Source: Limnochordia bacterium
GTDB taxonomy: Bacteria > Bacillota > Limnochordia > DTU080
Reading direction: 5' to 3'
Assembly (NCBI GenBank): GCA_050945315.1
Contig: JBMNSS010000002.1
Span: 1-61,652, forward strand
DNA: 61,652 nt
The notes under the pieces are model-generated. The model did no database searches and had not been told where the DNA came from. It saw only the letters and a program-made list of their open reading frames with translations. A program made the position numbers and the translations under genes. Shown here piece after piece: positions 37,746 through 47,098 of this stretch (within the stretch, counting starts at the first letter, position 1; every line of letters starts with the position of its first letter).

Positions 37746-38666
37746 TCACTTCAGACCGAGGATGTAGTATATGTCGGTGTATACGGTCCCGTCGGCAGGT
37801 AACCCGTACAGCTTCTGCAGATTGCGTGCGGCCGCTTCGGAGTTGGGCCCCCAACGGCCGTCTGCGCCGCCGGCGGAAAAGCCCAGCTCCTCCAAGCGGC
37901 TTTGCACCGCCACCACGTCTTTGCCGGTGCTGCCTAGGGCGATGGTGCGTCCGAAGTTGATGGCCGGTGTGTCACCGGTAACGATCACCTTGGTTCCAAG
38001 CGGAAGCCAGTTGTACAGCTCCTCGACGTCGCGATTGAACATGCGAATGCAGCCGGCACTGGCGCGCGTGCCGATGCTGTAAGGCTTGTTCGTGCCGTGG
38101 ATGCCGTAGGTGCCCCAGGGCACGTTTAAGCCCATCCAACGAGTCCCAAAGCCGCTGCCCCAGTTGACGCCCTTATTGATGATCTTCCATTCTCCCACCG
38201 GAGTCCAGTACCAGTCCTTCTGCTTGCCCACAGCGATGGGATAACTCTTGAAAGGTTGGCCGTCTACGAACAGCGTGAGTTTCAGACGGCGGGTATCGAT
38301 CTCCAGATGCATGGTTCCTTCCGGTTTTGGTGTCGAACTCTGGCTGGCGGGTATGGAGTCGCCGGCCAAGGCCAGCCAGGTGGCATCGCTCACCACACCG
38401 TCTGCCACAAGTCCTTGGTCACGCTGGAAAGCCCGAACGGCCAGTTCCAAGGTCGGATCGAAGACTCCGTCCGTGTCTCCGCTGAAATAGCCCAATGCCT
38501 GCAGCCGTTCCTGAAGCTCCAAGACCTCCGCGGCATTGGCGTGTGGACCGGGCAGTAACGGACCAGGCTCAAGACCACACGCGGGACTCCAGGCGTACAC
38601 TGATCGGCAACAGAGTGTGAGCAGGATGATGAAGGCGAACATGCAGAGACGGCAATGCCCTACCAA
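37746..38666 (-). CDS. L,D-transpeptidase (YkuD domain) flanked by two peptidoglycan-binding domains
   Basis: PG_binding_1-like repeats (VLELQERLQALGYFSGDTDGVF; VVAVQSRLEELGFSAGGADGRWG) and catalytic HGT...ASAGCIRM. Confidence 0.85.
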   Translation of the reverse strand: MVGHCRLCMFAFIILLTLCCRSVYAWSPACGLEPGPLLPGPHANAAEVLELQERLQALGYFSGDTDGVFDPTLELAVRAFQRDQGLVADGVVSDATWLALAGDSIPASQSSTPKPEGTMHLEIDTRRLKLTLFVDGQPFKSYPIAVGKQKDWYWTPVGEWKIINKGVNWGSGFGTRWMGLNVPWGTYGIHGTNKPYSIGTRASAGCIRMFNRDVEELYNWLPLGTKVIVTGDTPAINFGRTIALGSTGKDVVAVQSRLEELGFSAGGADGRWGPNSEAAARNLQKLYGLPADGTVYTDIYYILGLK

Positions 38667-38815
38667 TGCTGAGTCACCTCCACACGATGTAATCCTATGG
38701 TCGGTCTTTGTGCTTTAGAATCGCTCAGTTCCACCCGATTCGCTCACCTACTCATACACACCAAGGATCCGTCATATGCTTTAAGTGCTTGTGTGTGCCG
38801 GGAGCGGGTGAGTCG

Positions 38816-40108
38816 ATGCTGACCGCAGTTTATCGGGCGTATCTTAGGAGAATCTCGGGTAGGCGGGCCAACGGGCAGCGTGGTGATTGGACCATCCGAA
38901 TACTCTTGATGATCATGCTTCCGCTGATGCTGTTCACGGTGATCAACCATCCGTGGTTCCAGCCTCTGTTGGGGCACATGGCGCGTGAGACCGCTCGTTT
39001 GACCCCGTCGGTAGGCGGGTGGCTGAGCATGGATGCAGTGCGGGGAAAGGCGATTCTGCAGGCCGCTTTGCCGACCGTGGCGGAGGTGGGGCGGGATCCG
39101 ATCCCCAATTTCGGTTGGCGGCACACGTTGCGCTCATGGTTGTATGTAGTCCTCGGTTACGATATGTCACAACCCCGGACGCTGTTTTTGGCGGCCGTGC
39201 CCGGTCTGCATCTGCCACCTCCGGAGGAGACGGTGGAGTTGGCAGTGGTTCAGCCCAAAACGGAACCGATCGCAGAACCGGAGCCGGCAGCACATGATGT
39301 GGCCGCCTCGCCTCGATCGCCAGGCCGGGATTGGGGCCGGGAACCTTTGGTATTGATCTTCCATACACATACTTCGGAGATGTATGCCACCGGGGACGAT
39401 GCGCCGAAGTCGCCTCAGCATTATCATATGTTCAATACGACCGATACGGGAATAGTACGGGTCGGTGAGGCTTTGGCTCGGACCTTGAGCGAACGTCACG
39501 GCATTCCTGTTCTTCACTCCAAGGCCATCCACGATTTTCCCAACTACGCGCAGTCGTATCAGCGATCCGCCACTACCGTGCAACGGATTCTGAGTAAGCA
39601 TCCTTCCATTCGTCTGGTGCTTGATGTGCATCGCGACGGTGCGCAAAACGTGTCGTTTGTACGGCAAGTGGGCTCTCAGAGCGTGGCTCAGGTCATGGTA
39701 GTCGTCACCAAACCCATTAGCTATTCCGAGGCATTGCATCCGCGCTGGGCGGAGAATGTGCAGGTCGCCAACCTCATGAAAAAGACCATGGAAGCGATGT
39801 ATCCCGGTTTGCTCAGGCCCTATGCTGTCGTGGGAAGGAACCGCTATAATCAGCATCTGCATCCACATATGCTGTTACTGGAGGTCGGCAATTACATAGA
39901 CGACGAGAAGTATGCCCTGCGCAGCGCGGTATTGATGGCCGATGTGGTGGCCCGAGTCCTCAGTGAACTGCCGGCTGTCTCATTGAGGCCGTCGACGAGC
40001 GCGAGTCAGGTCACCTCTTCCGCAGTATCAGGAACGACGCAGGAAGCGCGCAGCGGCGTACAACCGCCCTTGCCACAGACACCCGCGCCGACGGTGCTCA
40101 AACGCTGA
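38816..40108 (+). CDS. spoIIP: stage II sporulation protein P
   Basis: IFHTHTSEMY and LDVHRDG motifs, with an N-terminal TM helix. The start is set at ATG 38816. Confidence 0.8.
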   Translation: MLTAVYRAYLRRISGRRANGQRGDWTIRILLMIMLPLMLFTVINHPWFQPLLGHMARETARLTPSVGGWLSMDAVRGKAILQAALPTVAEVGRDPIPNFGWRHTLRSWLYVVLGYDMSQPRTLFLAAVPGLHLPPPEETVELAVVQPKTEPIAEPEPAAHDVAASPRSPGRDWGREPLVLIFHTHTSEMYATGDDAPKSPQHYHMFNTTDTGIVRVGEALARTLSERHGIPVLHSKAIHDFPNYAQSYQRSATTVQRILSKHPSIRLVLDVHRDGAQNVSFVRQVGSQSVAQVMVVVTKPISYSEALHPRWAENVQVANLMKKTMEAMYPGLLRPYAVVGRNRYNQHLHPHMLLLEVGNYIDDEKYALRSAVLMADVVARVLSELPAVSLRPSTSASQVTSSAVSGTTQEARSGVQPPLPQTPAPTVLKR

Positions 40109-41659
40109 TCATTTGCGGGAGCGGACACCGCGGCCGGTCTTCAGCGCATGTGTGAACAATGGTATCTCCTCCATGCGCAATGCAAGAGCGGCCAGCATAT
40201 AGACCAGCGCTCCCGTTGAGACTCCGACGGCTACCTCCATGAGGCGTCCGCCGGATGACGCGGCGGCTGCGGCGGTCTTGGCTGCCACAGCCATGGCCGC
40301 TGACGCCAAGAGACTGAGGGAAGAGGAACGCAAAAGCCGCCGTCCGTCGATGCGGCCCATGGCCCGACGCAGCCCCCGAAGATAGCTCATCATGTTCCAT
40401 ATACTCGTCAATGAATAAGACAGGGCCAGACCGCCGTGCCCCAGGGACGTGAAACGGATGAAAAACAACCCGAGTAGAGTGTTGATGATAATGGCTTTTG
40501 CAGAGACTCGGACGAGCGTCTTGGTGTCTTGCAGGGAGTAGTAGACCTGAACCAAGATCTGAATGGCGGATTGCGATATTAGCCCCGGGGCATAAAACAA
40601 GACGGCATGCGCAGCCATGGCGGTATCCTTTGCGCCGAACTCACCTACTTGAAAAAGCAGTCTGATCAAAGGTTCACGCAAGACGGCCAGCCCGACGGCG
40701 GCGGGAATGGTGAAAAAAAGAGTCAGGCGCAACCCCTGGGAGAAGGTAGTCCGGAAGGCGTCTGTCTCGTTGCGGGCTATCAATGCTGAGAGAGTGGGGA
40801 GAATAACCATGGATACTCCCATGGCGAAGACGCCTAACGGCAGCTGGATAAGAGTATTTGCCGTACGCAGAGCGCTGATACTGCCTTCCTGAAGACTGGA
40901 GGCCAAAGAAGAAATGACAGTGAAGTTGAGCTGAGTGATCGAGGAGCTGATGACGGCGGGGCCCATCAGCGTGAACGCTTTTCTGATGCCCGGATGACGG
41001 ATATCGAAAGCGAAAGGATGCGGCGACGCTTTTCGGACGAAAAAGGGCAGTTGTATCACGAAGTTGCTCACTGCTCCGATCACCGTACCTATGGCCATAC
41101 CCATTATGCCCAGACGCCGACCGAGTGCGTAAGTGGCCAGGATGATCACGAGGTTGTAGGCGATGGGTCCCGCCAGCGGAGCTTTGAAGCTCTTGTAGGA
41201 CTTATGAATACCCATGCCCAGACCCGCCAGGGCGGTGAAAGCCACGGCGGGAAACATGACGCGCATGAGAAGGATGAGCAGCTCTCTTTGTTCTCCGCTG
41301 AAGCCGACGGCGACCAAGGGAGCCAAAGCCGGTGTGAAAACCAAACCTAAGGATGTCATGAGGACAAGCAGCCCGATTGACATGGCGAAGAAAGTCCAAG
41401 CCATGCGCCAGCCCTCTTGTTCTTCATCCCGCGCCAAATACGAAGTGAAGACAGGTATGAAGGCAGCATTGAGGCCTCCGCCGACCAGAAGAAAAAACAT
41501 CAAGTCCGGGATGTTAAAGGCGGCTCGGAAGACATCGGTGCGCCAGTCCATGCCAAATACCTGAGCGATGGCCCGCTCGCGTATAAATCCGAGAAGGCGA
41601 CTGAGCATGATGAGCAGCATGATGCCGCCGGCCGTTTTGACTACGGGGCGTTCGGACAA
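40109..41659 (-). CDS. murJ: lipid II flippase MurJ (MviN)
   Basis: 516-aa polytopic protein. The N-terminus SRLLGFIRERAIAQVFG...TDVFRAAFNIPD is typical of MurJ. Confidence 0.9.
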   Translation of the reverse strand: MSERPVVKTAGGIMLLIMLSRLLGFIRERAIAQVFGMDWRTDVFRAAFNIPDLMFFLLVGGGLNAAFIPVFTSYLARDEEQEGWRMAWTFFAMSIGLLVLMTSLGLVFTPALAPLVAVGFSGEQRELLILLMRVMFPAVAFTALAGLGMGIHKSYKSFKAPLAGPIAYNLVIILATYALGRRLGIMGMAIGTVIGAVSNFVIQLPFFVRKASPHPFAFDIRHPGIRKAFTLMGPAVISSSITQLNFTVISSLASSLQEGSISALRTANTLIQLPLGVFAMGVSMVILPTLSALIARNETDAFRTTFSQGLRLTLFFTIPAAVGLAVLREPLIRLLFQVGEFGAKDTAMAAHAVLFYAPGLISQSAIQILVQVYYSLQDTKTLVRVSAKAIIINTLLGLFFIRFTSLGHGGLALSYSLTSIWNMMSYLRGLRRAMGRIDGRRLLRSSSLSLLASAAMAVAAKTAAAAASSGGRLMEVAVGVSTGALVYMLAALALRMEEIPLFTHALKTGRGVRSRK

Positions 41660-41840
41660 TTTTTGCCTCCCTTTGTGCGTTGCTTATCTTGTTTTCTCCT
41701 TCGTGCCCACAGAACCATGCCTGTCGTTCATCAACTCACAGAACCGATCAATGTGCTCAGAGCTTGTCCGTCCCTTTGCGGTGGGGAAGATCAATCGGTT
41801 CGGCTCTCCACGGATCGATGACGACGGACTCAGTGCATCC

Positions 41841-41869
41841 TTGTTAGGGGCAAATGTCAATGCTATACT
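41841..41869 (+). promoter_or_regulatory. sigmaA-like promoter of lepA
   Basis: TTGTTA (41841-41846), a 17-nt spacer, then TATACT (41864-41869). Confidence 0.45.
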
Positions 41870-41918
41870 TAAGTGTGCTATGCCTGGATGGCAACAATAG
41901 GGCGAGAGGTGGCCATGT

Positions 41919-43718
41919 TTGCAGAACCGCGTAAGGAACTTCTGTATTATTGCTCATATTGACCATGGAAAATCCACGTTGGCTGATCGGCTCCTGGAAC
42001 GCACTAACGCCGTATCTGAGCGCGAGATGACGGAACAAGTCCTTGATTCCATGGATATTGAGCGTGAGCGTGGCATCACTATCAAGTTGCGGGCAGTACG
42101 ACTGGAGTACCATGCTCGTGATGGTGAGATGTATACGCTGAATCTGATCGATACTCCCGGTCACGTCGATTTCTCCTATGAGGTGAGTCGGTCGTTGGCT
42201 GCCTGTGAAGGAGCGTTGCTCGTCATTGACGCCTCTCAGGGCATAGAAGCACAGACACTTGCCAATCTTTATCTTGCACTGGAACATGATTTGGAGATCA
42301 TTCCGGTGATTAACAAGATAGATCTTCCGGGTGCCGACCCTGAAGCCGTGTGCAAAGAACTGGAAGAGGGTATTGGCTTAGATGCATCTGATGCCCTGCT
42401 GATCAGCGCGAAGACAGGCGTCGGAATTGACGAGGTTCTCGAGGCCGTCGTAGAGCGTATTCCCCCGCCCGGGGGAGATGTCGACCGGCCTTTGCGAGCC
42501 CTGATTTTTGATTCGCATTTCGACCCCTATCGCGGAGCCATAGCCTATGTACGGGTCGTAGATGGCCAGGTGAGCGTAGGATCTCAGATTCGTATGATGT
42601 CGAGCGGTCGTACGTTTACCGTGACCGAACTGGGCGTTTTCAGGCCCCACATGATTCCCGTCGATGAACTCAGGACCGGTGAGGTGGGTTGTCTCATTGC
42701 TCAGATGAAGGATCTGAGCGACACCCGCGTGGGAGATACCATCACTGATGCCCAACGGCCGGCGACGGAGGCGCTTCCGGGCTATCGCAAGGCCGTACCT
42801 ATGGTGTTTTGTGGTCTGTATCCGGTGATCAACGAAGAGTACGGAGACTTGCGTGAAGCGTTAGAAAAGCTTCGCCTCAACGATGCGTCCTTGGTTTTTG
42901 AGCCGGAGACATCGATGGCCTTGGGATTCGGTTATCGCTGTGGCTTTTTGGGTCTGCTGCATATGGAGATCGTGCAGGAAAGATTGGAGCGCGAGTTCGA
43001 CCTTGATCTTATTGCTACGGCACCCAGCGTGGTGTACAAGATCTATCGCACTGACGGGCAGGTCATCAGTGTTGACAATCCCGCTTCATATCCCGACCCG
43101 GCCACGATTGAGAAGGTTGAGGAACCCTTCGTACGGGCGGCTATTGTGGTCCCGAAAGACTTTGTGGGTCCGATTATGGAGTTGTGTCAAAACCGGCGCG
43201 GGCAGTACGTAACCATGGGCTATATAAACCCGGAGAGGGTGCGCCTGGAATATGATCTTCCCCTGGCAGAGATCCTGATGGACTTCTATGACAAGCTGAA
43301 GTCTCGCTCCAAGGGGTATGCGTCCCTGGACTATGAACTGATCGGCTATCGGGAGAGCGATTTGGTGAGGCTGGACGTTTTGTTAAACGCCGAGCCGGTC
43401 GATGCGTTGTCATGCATTGTTCACCGCGACAAGGCCTATGAACGAGGTCGACAGCTGACGGAAAAGCTTAAGGAAGTCATCCCTCGTCAGATGTTTGAGG
43501 TCCCCATTCAAGCCAGTGTCGGAAACCGGGTGATCGCCCGGGAGACCGTGCGTGCCCTGCGCAAAGACGTGTTGGCCAAGTGTTACGGAGGCGATGTCAG
43601 TCGTAAGCGCAAGCTGTTGGAGAAGCAAAAAGAAGGCAAAAAGCGTATGAAGCAACTCGGAACCGTGGAGGTGCCGCAGGAGGCTTTTCTGGCTGTGTTG
43701 CGGATCGGAGATGCTTGA
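41919..43718 (+). CDS. lepA: translation elongation factor 4 (LepA)
   Basis: [30 protein letters not shown] and NKID G-motifs. The TTG start follows GAGAGGTGG. Confidence 0.95.
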   Translation: MQNRVRNFCIIAHIDHGKSTLADRLLERTNAVSEREMTEQVLDSMDIERERGITIKLRAVRLEYHARDGEMYTLNLIDTPGHVDFSYEVSRSLAACEGALLVIDASQGIEAQTLANLYLALEHDLEIIPVINKIDLPGADPEAVCKELEEGIGLDASDALLISAKTGVGIDEVLEAVVERIPPPGGDVDRPLRALIFDSHFDPYRGAIAYVRVVDGQVSVGSQIRMMSSGRTFTVTELGVFRPHMIPVDELRTGEVGCLIAQMKDLSDTRVGDTITDAQRPATEALPGYRKAVPMVFCGLYPVINEEYGDLREALEKLRLNDASLVFEPETSMALGFGYRCGFLGLLHMEIVQERLEREFDLDLIATAPSVVYKIYRTDGQVISVDNPASYPDPATIEKVEEPFVRAAIVVPKDFVGPIMELCQNRRGQYVTMGYINPERVRLEYDLPLAEILMDFYDKLKSRSKGYASLDYELIGYRESDLVRLDVLLNAEPVDALSCIVHRDKAYERGRQLTEKLKEVIPRQMFEVPIQASVGNRVIARETVRALRKDVLAKCYGGDVSRKRKLLEKQKEGKKRMKQLGTVEVPQEAFLAVLRIGDA

Positions 43719-44874
43719 GGAACCCACCTTTGAGTTCGGAAGCGCCGGTATTTATGTGCATGTCCCTTTCTGCCTGCGCAAGTGCCTTTATTGTGATTTC
43801 GTCTCCTATCCGGCTGTGCCGGATGAGATGAACGCCTATTTTAAGGCCCTCGTCCGTGAGATTCAGATTGTCGCCGACCAGCTGTCTCAAGTGTCGGTGA
43901 CGAGTGCTTATCTGGGCGGGGGCACCCCCTCTGCTTTGCCTACCGCCATGCTATGCGGCATTCTTTCTCATATCCGAGCTGCCTTCAACCTCGACTCGCA
44001 TGCGGAGATAAGTGCCGAGATCAACCCCGGGACCCTGGAAGCGGTCGATTTGGCGGCAGTCGCCGCCGCGGGAGTCAATCGCTTAAGCATCGGCGTGCAG
44101 AGCCTGGATGACGGCTTGTTGCAGCGCCTGGGGCGTGTACATACTGCCGGAGAGGCCGTGGACAGCATTCGAGCGGCCCGGGCAGCCGGTTTTCAGAATA
44201 TCAACATTGATCTCATGTTTGGTCTGCCGGGCCAGAGCTTGAGTGATCTCAGGCAGACCGTTGACCGAGTCATCGAGCTTGCTCCGGAGCACATCTCGTG
44301 TTACAGCCTCATCGTCGAGCCGACGACCCCATTGGCCAAGCAACTGGAGAAACGAGAGCTTGAGCTTCCCGATGAGGATCTGGAACTGGCCATGTACGAG
44401 TGGGTCATGGCCAGGCTGCACGCAGCGGGATATGAACACTATGAGATCTCCAGTTGGGCGCGGCCGGGATATCGAAGTCGACATAACGAGCTATACTGGC
44501 GTAACGAATGGTACCGAGGCTTGGGGCCGGCCGCTCATTCGCACTGGGATCGTCAACGTTGGGCCAATGCTCCTACCGTCAAAGCCTACAGTCAGGCGCT
44601 TGACCAAGGAGTGCTCCCCGTGGTGGAGCGATGTCAGCTCTCTGCGGACGATGAGATGGATGAGACAATGATCATGGGGTTGCGTTTGTTGGAGGGCGTG
44701 AGCGAAGAGAGGTTTCGGACTCGTTACGGACGAGGGCTTGAGGCGACGTATGGGCCGGAGATCGTGCGTTTGGTCCGGCTCGGTCTTGTCGAGTACGGTT
44801 CTTCTCTCAGGCTGACGCGTAAAGGGTTGCTCATAGCCAACCAGGTATTTGCCGCTTTCTTGCGTTCACCTTGA
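43711..44874 (+). CDS. hemW: radical SAM heme chaperone HemW (HemN-like)
   Basis: The CxxxCxxC motif is present as [10 protein letters not shown], and the position after lepA is conserved. Confidence 0.9.
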   Translation: MLEEPTFEFGSAGIYVHVPFCLRKCLYCDFVSYPAVPDEMNAYFKALVREIQIVADQLSQVSVTSAYLGGGTPSALPTAMLCGILSHIRAAFNLDSHAEISAEINPGTLEAVDLAAVAAAGVNRLSIGVQSLDDGLLQRLGRVHTAGEAVDSIRAARAAGFQNINIDLMFGLPGQSLSDLRQTVDRVIELAPEHISCYSLIVEPTTPLAKQLEKRELELPDEDLELAMYEWVMARLHAAGYEHYEISSWARPGYRSRHNELYWRNEWYRGLGPAAHSHWDRQRWANAPTVKAYSQALDQGVLPVVERCQLSADDEMDETMIMGLRLLEGVSEERFRTRYGRGLEATYGPEIVRLVRLGLVEYGSSLRLTRKGLLIANQVFAAFLRSP

Positions 44875-44900
44875 CAAAGCAGGGCAGCCGATGCTATGTT
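44871..44900 (+). promoter_or_regulatory. sigmaA-like promoter of the hrcA heat-shock operon
   Basis: TTGACA (44871-44876, overlapping the hemW stop), an 18-nt spacer, then TATGTT (44895-44900), directly upstream of CIRCE. Confidence 0.55.
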
Positions 44901-44911
44901 GGGATTGGTGA

Positions 44912-44938
44912 TTAGCACTCTTCTTGCTTGAGTGCTAA
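44912..44938 (+). promoter_or_regulatory. CIRCE operator (HrcA binding site)
   Basis: TTAGCACTC-ttcttgctt-GAGTGCTAA is a perfect match to the consensus TTAGCACTC-N9-GAGTGCTAA. Confidence 0.9.
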
Positions 44939-45280
44939 CGGACTGAAGGGTGAGCACTGGCCCTAACCCAAGCTTAATCAGTCTGAGGGCCTCCGGCACG
45001 TCGTTACGAGCGAATGACAGCGGCCCGCAGTGTCACCTGTGACAACCGCTCGATAGCGCCGGTGAGGAGAGCGTCACCACTGTCAGGTGTGTAGTATCAT
45101 AATCAGCTGCGCGAGGATGACCCGGGGTGTTTCAGCACACTTCCGTTATCCCGCCGACCAACGTCATGTGTTTGAAGGAAGATGTTGCCGCTGATTATCC
45201 GGTGCCGGAGCGCCGTGATGATCGCGAGAGCGATTCGGCAGGATCGCACCTTTCAGGGTCCTTCAGGGAGCACGACATAT
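44939..45280 (+). mobile_element. IscB-less derivative (copy A) of the iscB/omega-RNA element: omega-RNA-like scaffold plus decayed first iscB codons, inside the hrcA leader
   Basis: Collinear blocks shared with 61092-61406. These include CAGTGTCAC (45028-45036 = 61227-61235), GGGTGTTT at the iscB start context (45125-45132 vs 61310-61317), and LKEDVAADY vs LKKGKAAVY. The frame from GTG 45127 stops at 45282. Confidence 0.6.
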
Positions 45281-45300
45281 GATTCCGGTGGTGAAGCAGG

Positions 45301-46314
45301 GTGGATAGGAGGAAAGAGACTATCCTGCGGGCTATCACCGACGACTACATCGAAACGGCCGAACCGGTAGGATCGCGGACCATCGCCCGCAAGTATGGTC
45401 TGGGCTTAAGTCCCGCTACAATTCGCAATGAAATGGCTGATTTGGAGGAGTTGGGCTACCTGCACCAGCCGCACACTTCAGCCGGGCGCATCCCTTCTGA
45501 CAAAGGATACCGCTTCTATGTGGATGTGCTCATACCTGATCCCAAAATCTCTGAAGAAGAAGAACACTTTGTCCGAGAGAAAATGGTTGTCTCGCAGGTG
45601 GCCGCGGACGAGGTTGTTCGACGGGCCTTGCGCGTGTTGGGGCTCATGACGCACTATGCCGCGGTTGCCATTACGCCCAGTCTCATGGACAGTGTCGTAC
45701 GTGCGGTGCGCTTTGTGCCCATCGATGATCGTCACGTCTTGGTCGTCGTGGTCACGGATCCGGGACTTGTGCAAAACCGCATCGTGGAAGTAGATCGTGT
45801 GGCACCGGAGGTGTTGGCTGAAGCCGGTCAACGTATCAGTGCCAGGCTGATGGGCAGCGCTCTGCGTGATGTGACTGTCGACATCTGCAGAGAGCTCGCT
45901 GACGAGGTGCCCGACCCGAGTCTTTATCCGGTTCTGATGGAGATGCTGATGGAGGGACTTACCGACACCTCCGAAAAGGTGCTGGTCGACGGAAGCATCA
46001 ACCTCATGGATCATCCTGAATTCCGGCAGATCGCTCGCGCCAAGGCTTTGCTTGCGGCCTTGGAAGAACGGGAGCGTCTTCATGAGGTCGTCAGCATGAG
46101 TGTGGATACCGGTGTCGTTATAGGCGAGGAGAACGTCTACGAAGGGGTCCGGGATTGCAGCGTTGTAACTGCGACCTACGGCGGCGGAGGCCGGATCGTA
46201 GGGGCAGTGGGTGTGATCGGACCCACTCGCATGGAGTACGCCCGGGCGATTGCCGTGGTTCAGCTTGTGGCTGACATGCTTTCGGAAATGCTCAGGGGCA
46301 CCTTGTCGGCTTAG
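45301..46314 (+). CDS. hrcA: heat-inducible transcription repressor HrcA
   Basis: N-terminus ILRAITDDYIETAEPVGSRTIARKYGLGLSPATIRNEMADLEELGYL, located at the head of the dnaK operon. Confidence 0.9.
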   Translation: MDRRKETILRAITDDYIETAEPVGSRTIARKYGLGLSPATIRNEMADLEELGYLHQPHTSAGRIPSDKGYRFYVDVLIPDPKISEEEEHFVREKMVVSQVAADEVVRRALRVLGLMTHYAAVAITPSLMDSVVRAVRFVPIDDRHVLVVVVTDPGLVQNRIVEVDRVAPEVLAEAGQRISARLMGSALRDVTVDICRELADEVPDPSLYPVLMEMLMEGLTDTSEKVLVDGSINLMDHPEFRQIARAKALLAALEERERLHEVVSMSVDTGVVIGEENVYEGVRDCSVVTATYGGGGRIVGAVGVIGPTRMEYARAIAVVQLVADMLSEMLRGTLSA

Positions 46315-46358
46315 ACGTCATATTGGCTCAGTGGATTCCTCTAAGATGAAGAGCGTGA

Positions 46359-46388
46359 GAGCGTGCATGAGCATATTCATGCACGCTC
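46359..46388 (+). other. perfect 12-bp stem-loop in the hrcA-grpE spacer
   Basis: GAGCGTGCATGA (46359-46370), loop gcatat, then TCATGCACGCTC (46377-46388). No U-tract follows. Confidence 0.5.
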
Positions 46389-46432
46389 ATGGCAATGAAG
46401 ACTTGTGCGTTCGTTAGGGAGGTCGTTACGAC

Positions 46433-47098
46433 TTGGTGGGTTCAGACGTGCCCGAGCCGGAAGCGGGCAGGGAGGCGGTTTGTGACCAGGCTGAGGCTGT
46501 CGAACCAGTAGAGGCAGCTGAAGACAAGGCAATAGAAGAAGCCGCCGAAGACAAGACAGTCGAAGAAGAGGCTGCTGAAGACAAGACAGTCGAAGAAGAG
46601 GCCGCGGAAGCTGAGGAAACCGACAGTGACCGAGAGGCCGAACTGGCTGAGAAGCAGCGGCAGATAGAAGCCTTGGTCGTTCAGAACATGCGGTTGCGTG
46701 CGGATTTTGAGAACTTCCGCCGTCGTAATCAACAGAAGCTTGAGGAATACTCCCAAAGGGGAGCCGAGCGTCTGATCAATAAGCTGTTGCCTGTCTTGGA
46801 CGATTTTGACCGAGCTTTGGAGGCGTCCTCCGGTACCCGAGCGACGGAGGGTCTTGCCCAGGGTGTCAGCATGGTCAGACAGGCACTGTTGGACGCACTC
46901 TATTCCGAAGGACTGTCGCCGATAGAGAGTGTAGGCTTGGCCTTTGATCCCAACTACCACGAGGCGGTGGCGCTCGAGGAGTGTGCTGAGGGCAGACTAT
47001 ACGTCGTTGAAGAGTATCAAAAAGGCTACATTTTTGGTGGTCGCGTGCTGCGTCCCGCCAAGGTCAAGGTGGGACCTTCAGCTGAGCCCTTGGCTTGA
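46433..47098 (+). CDS. grpE: nucleotide exchange factor GrpE
   Basis: RLRADFENFRRR motif and a conserved C-terminal beta domain. The TTG start lies 10 nt after AGGGAGG. The acidic N-terminal region is repetitive. Confidence 0.9.
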   Translation: MVGSDVPEPEAGREAVCDQAEAVEPVEAAEDKAIEEAAEDKTVEEEAAEDKTVEEEAAEAEETDSDREAELAEKQRQIEALVVQNMRLRADFENFRRRNQQKLEEYSQRGAERLINKLLPVLDDFDRALEASSGTRATEGLAQGVSMVRQALLDALYSEGLSPIESVGLAFDPNYHEAVALEECAEGRLYVVEEYQKGYIFGGRVLRPAKVKVGPSAEPLA

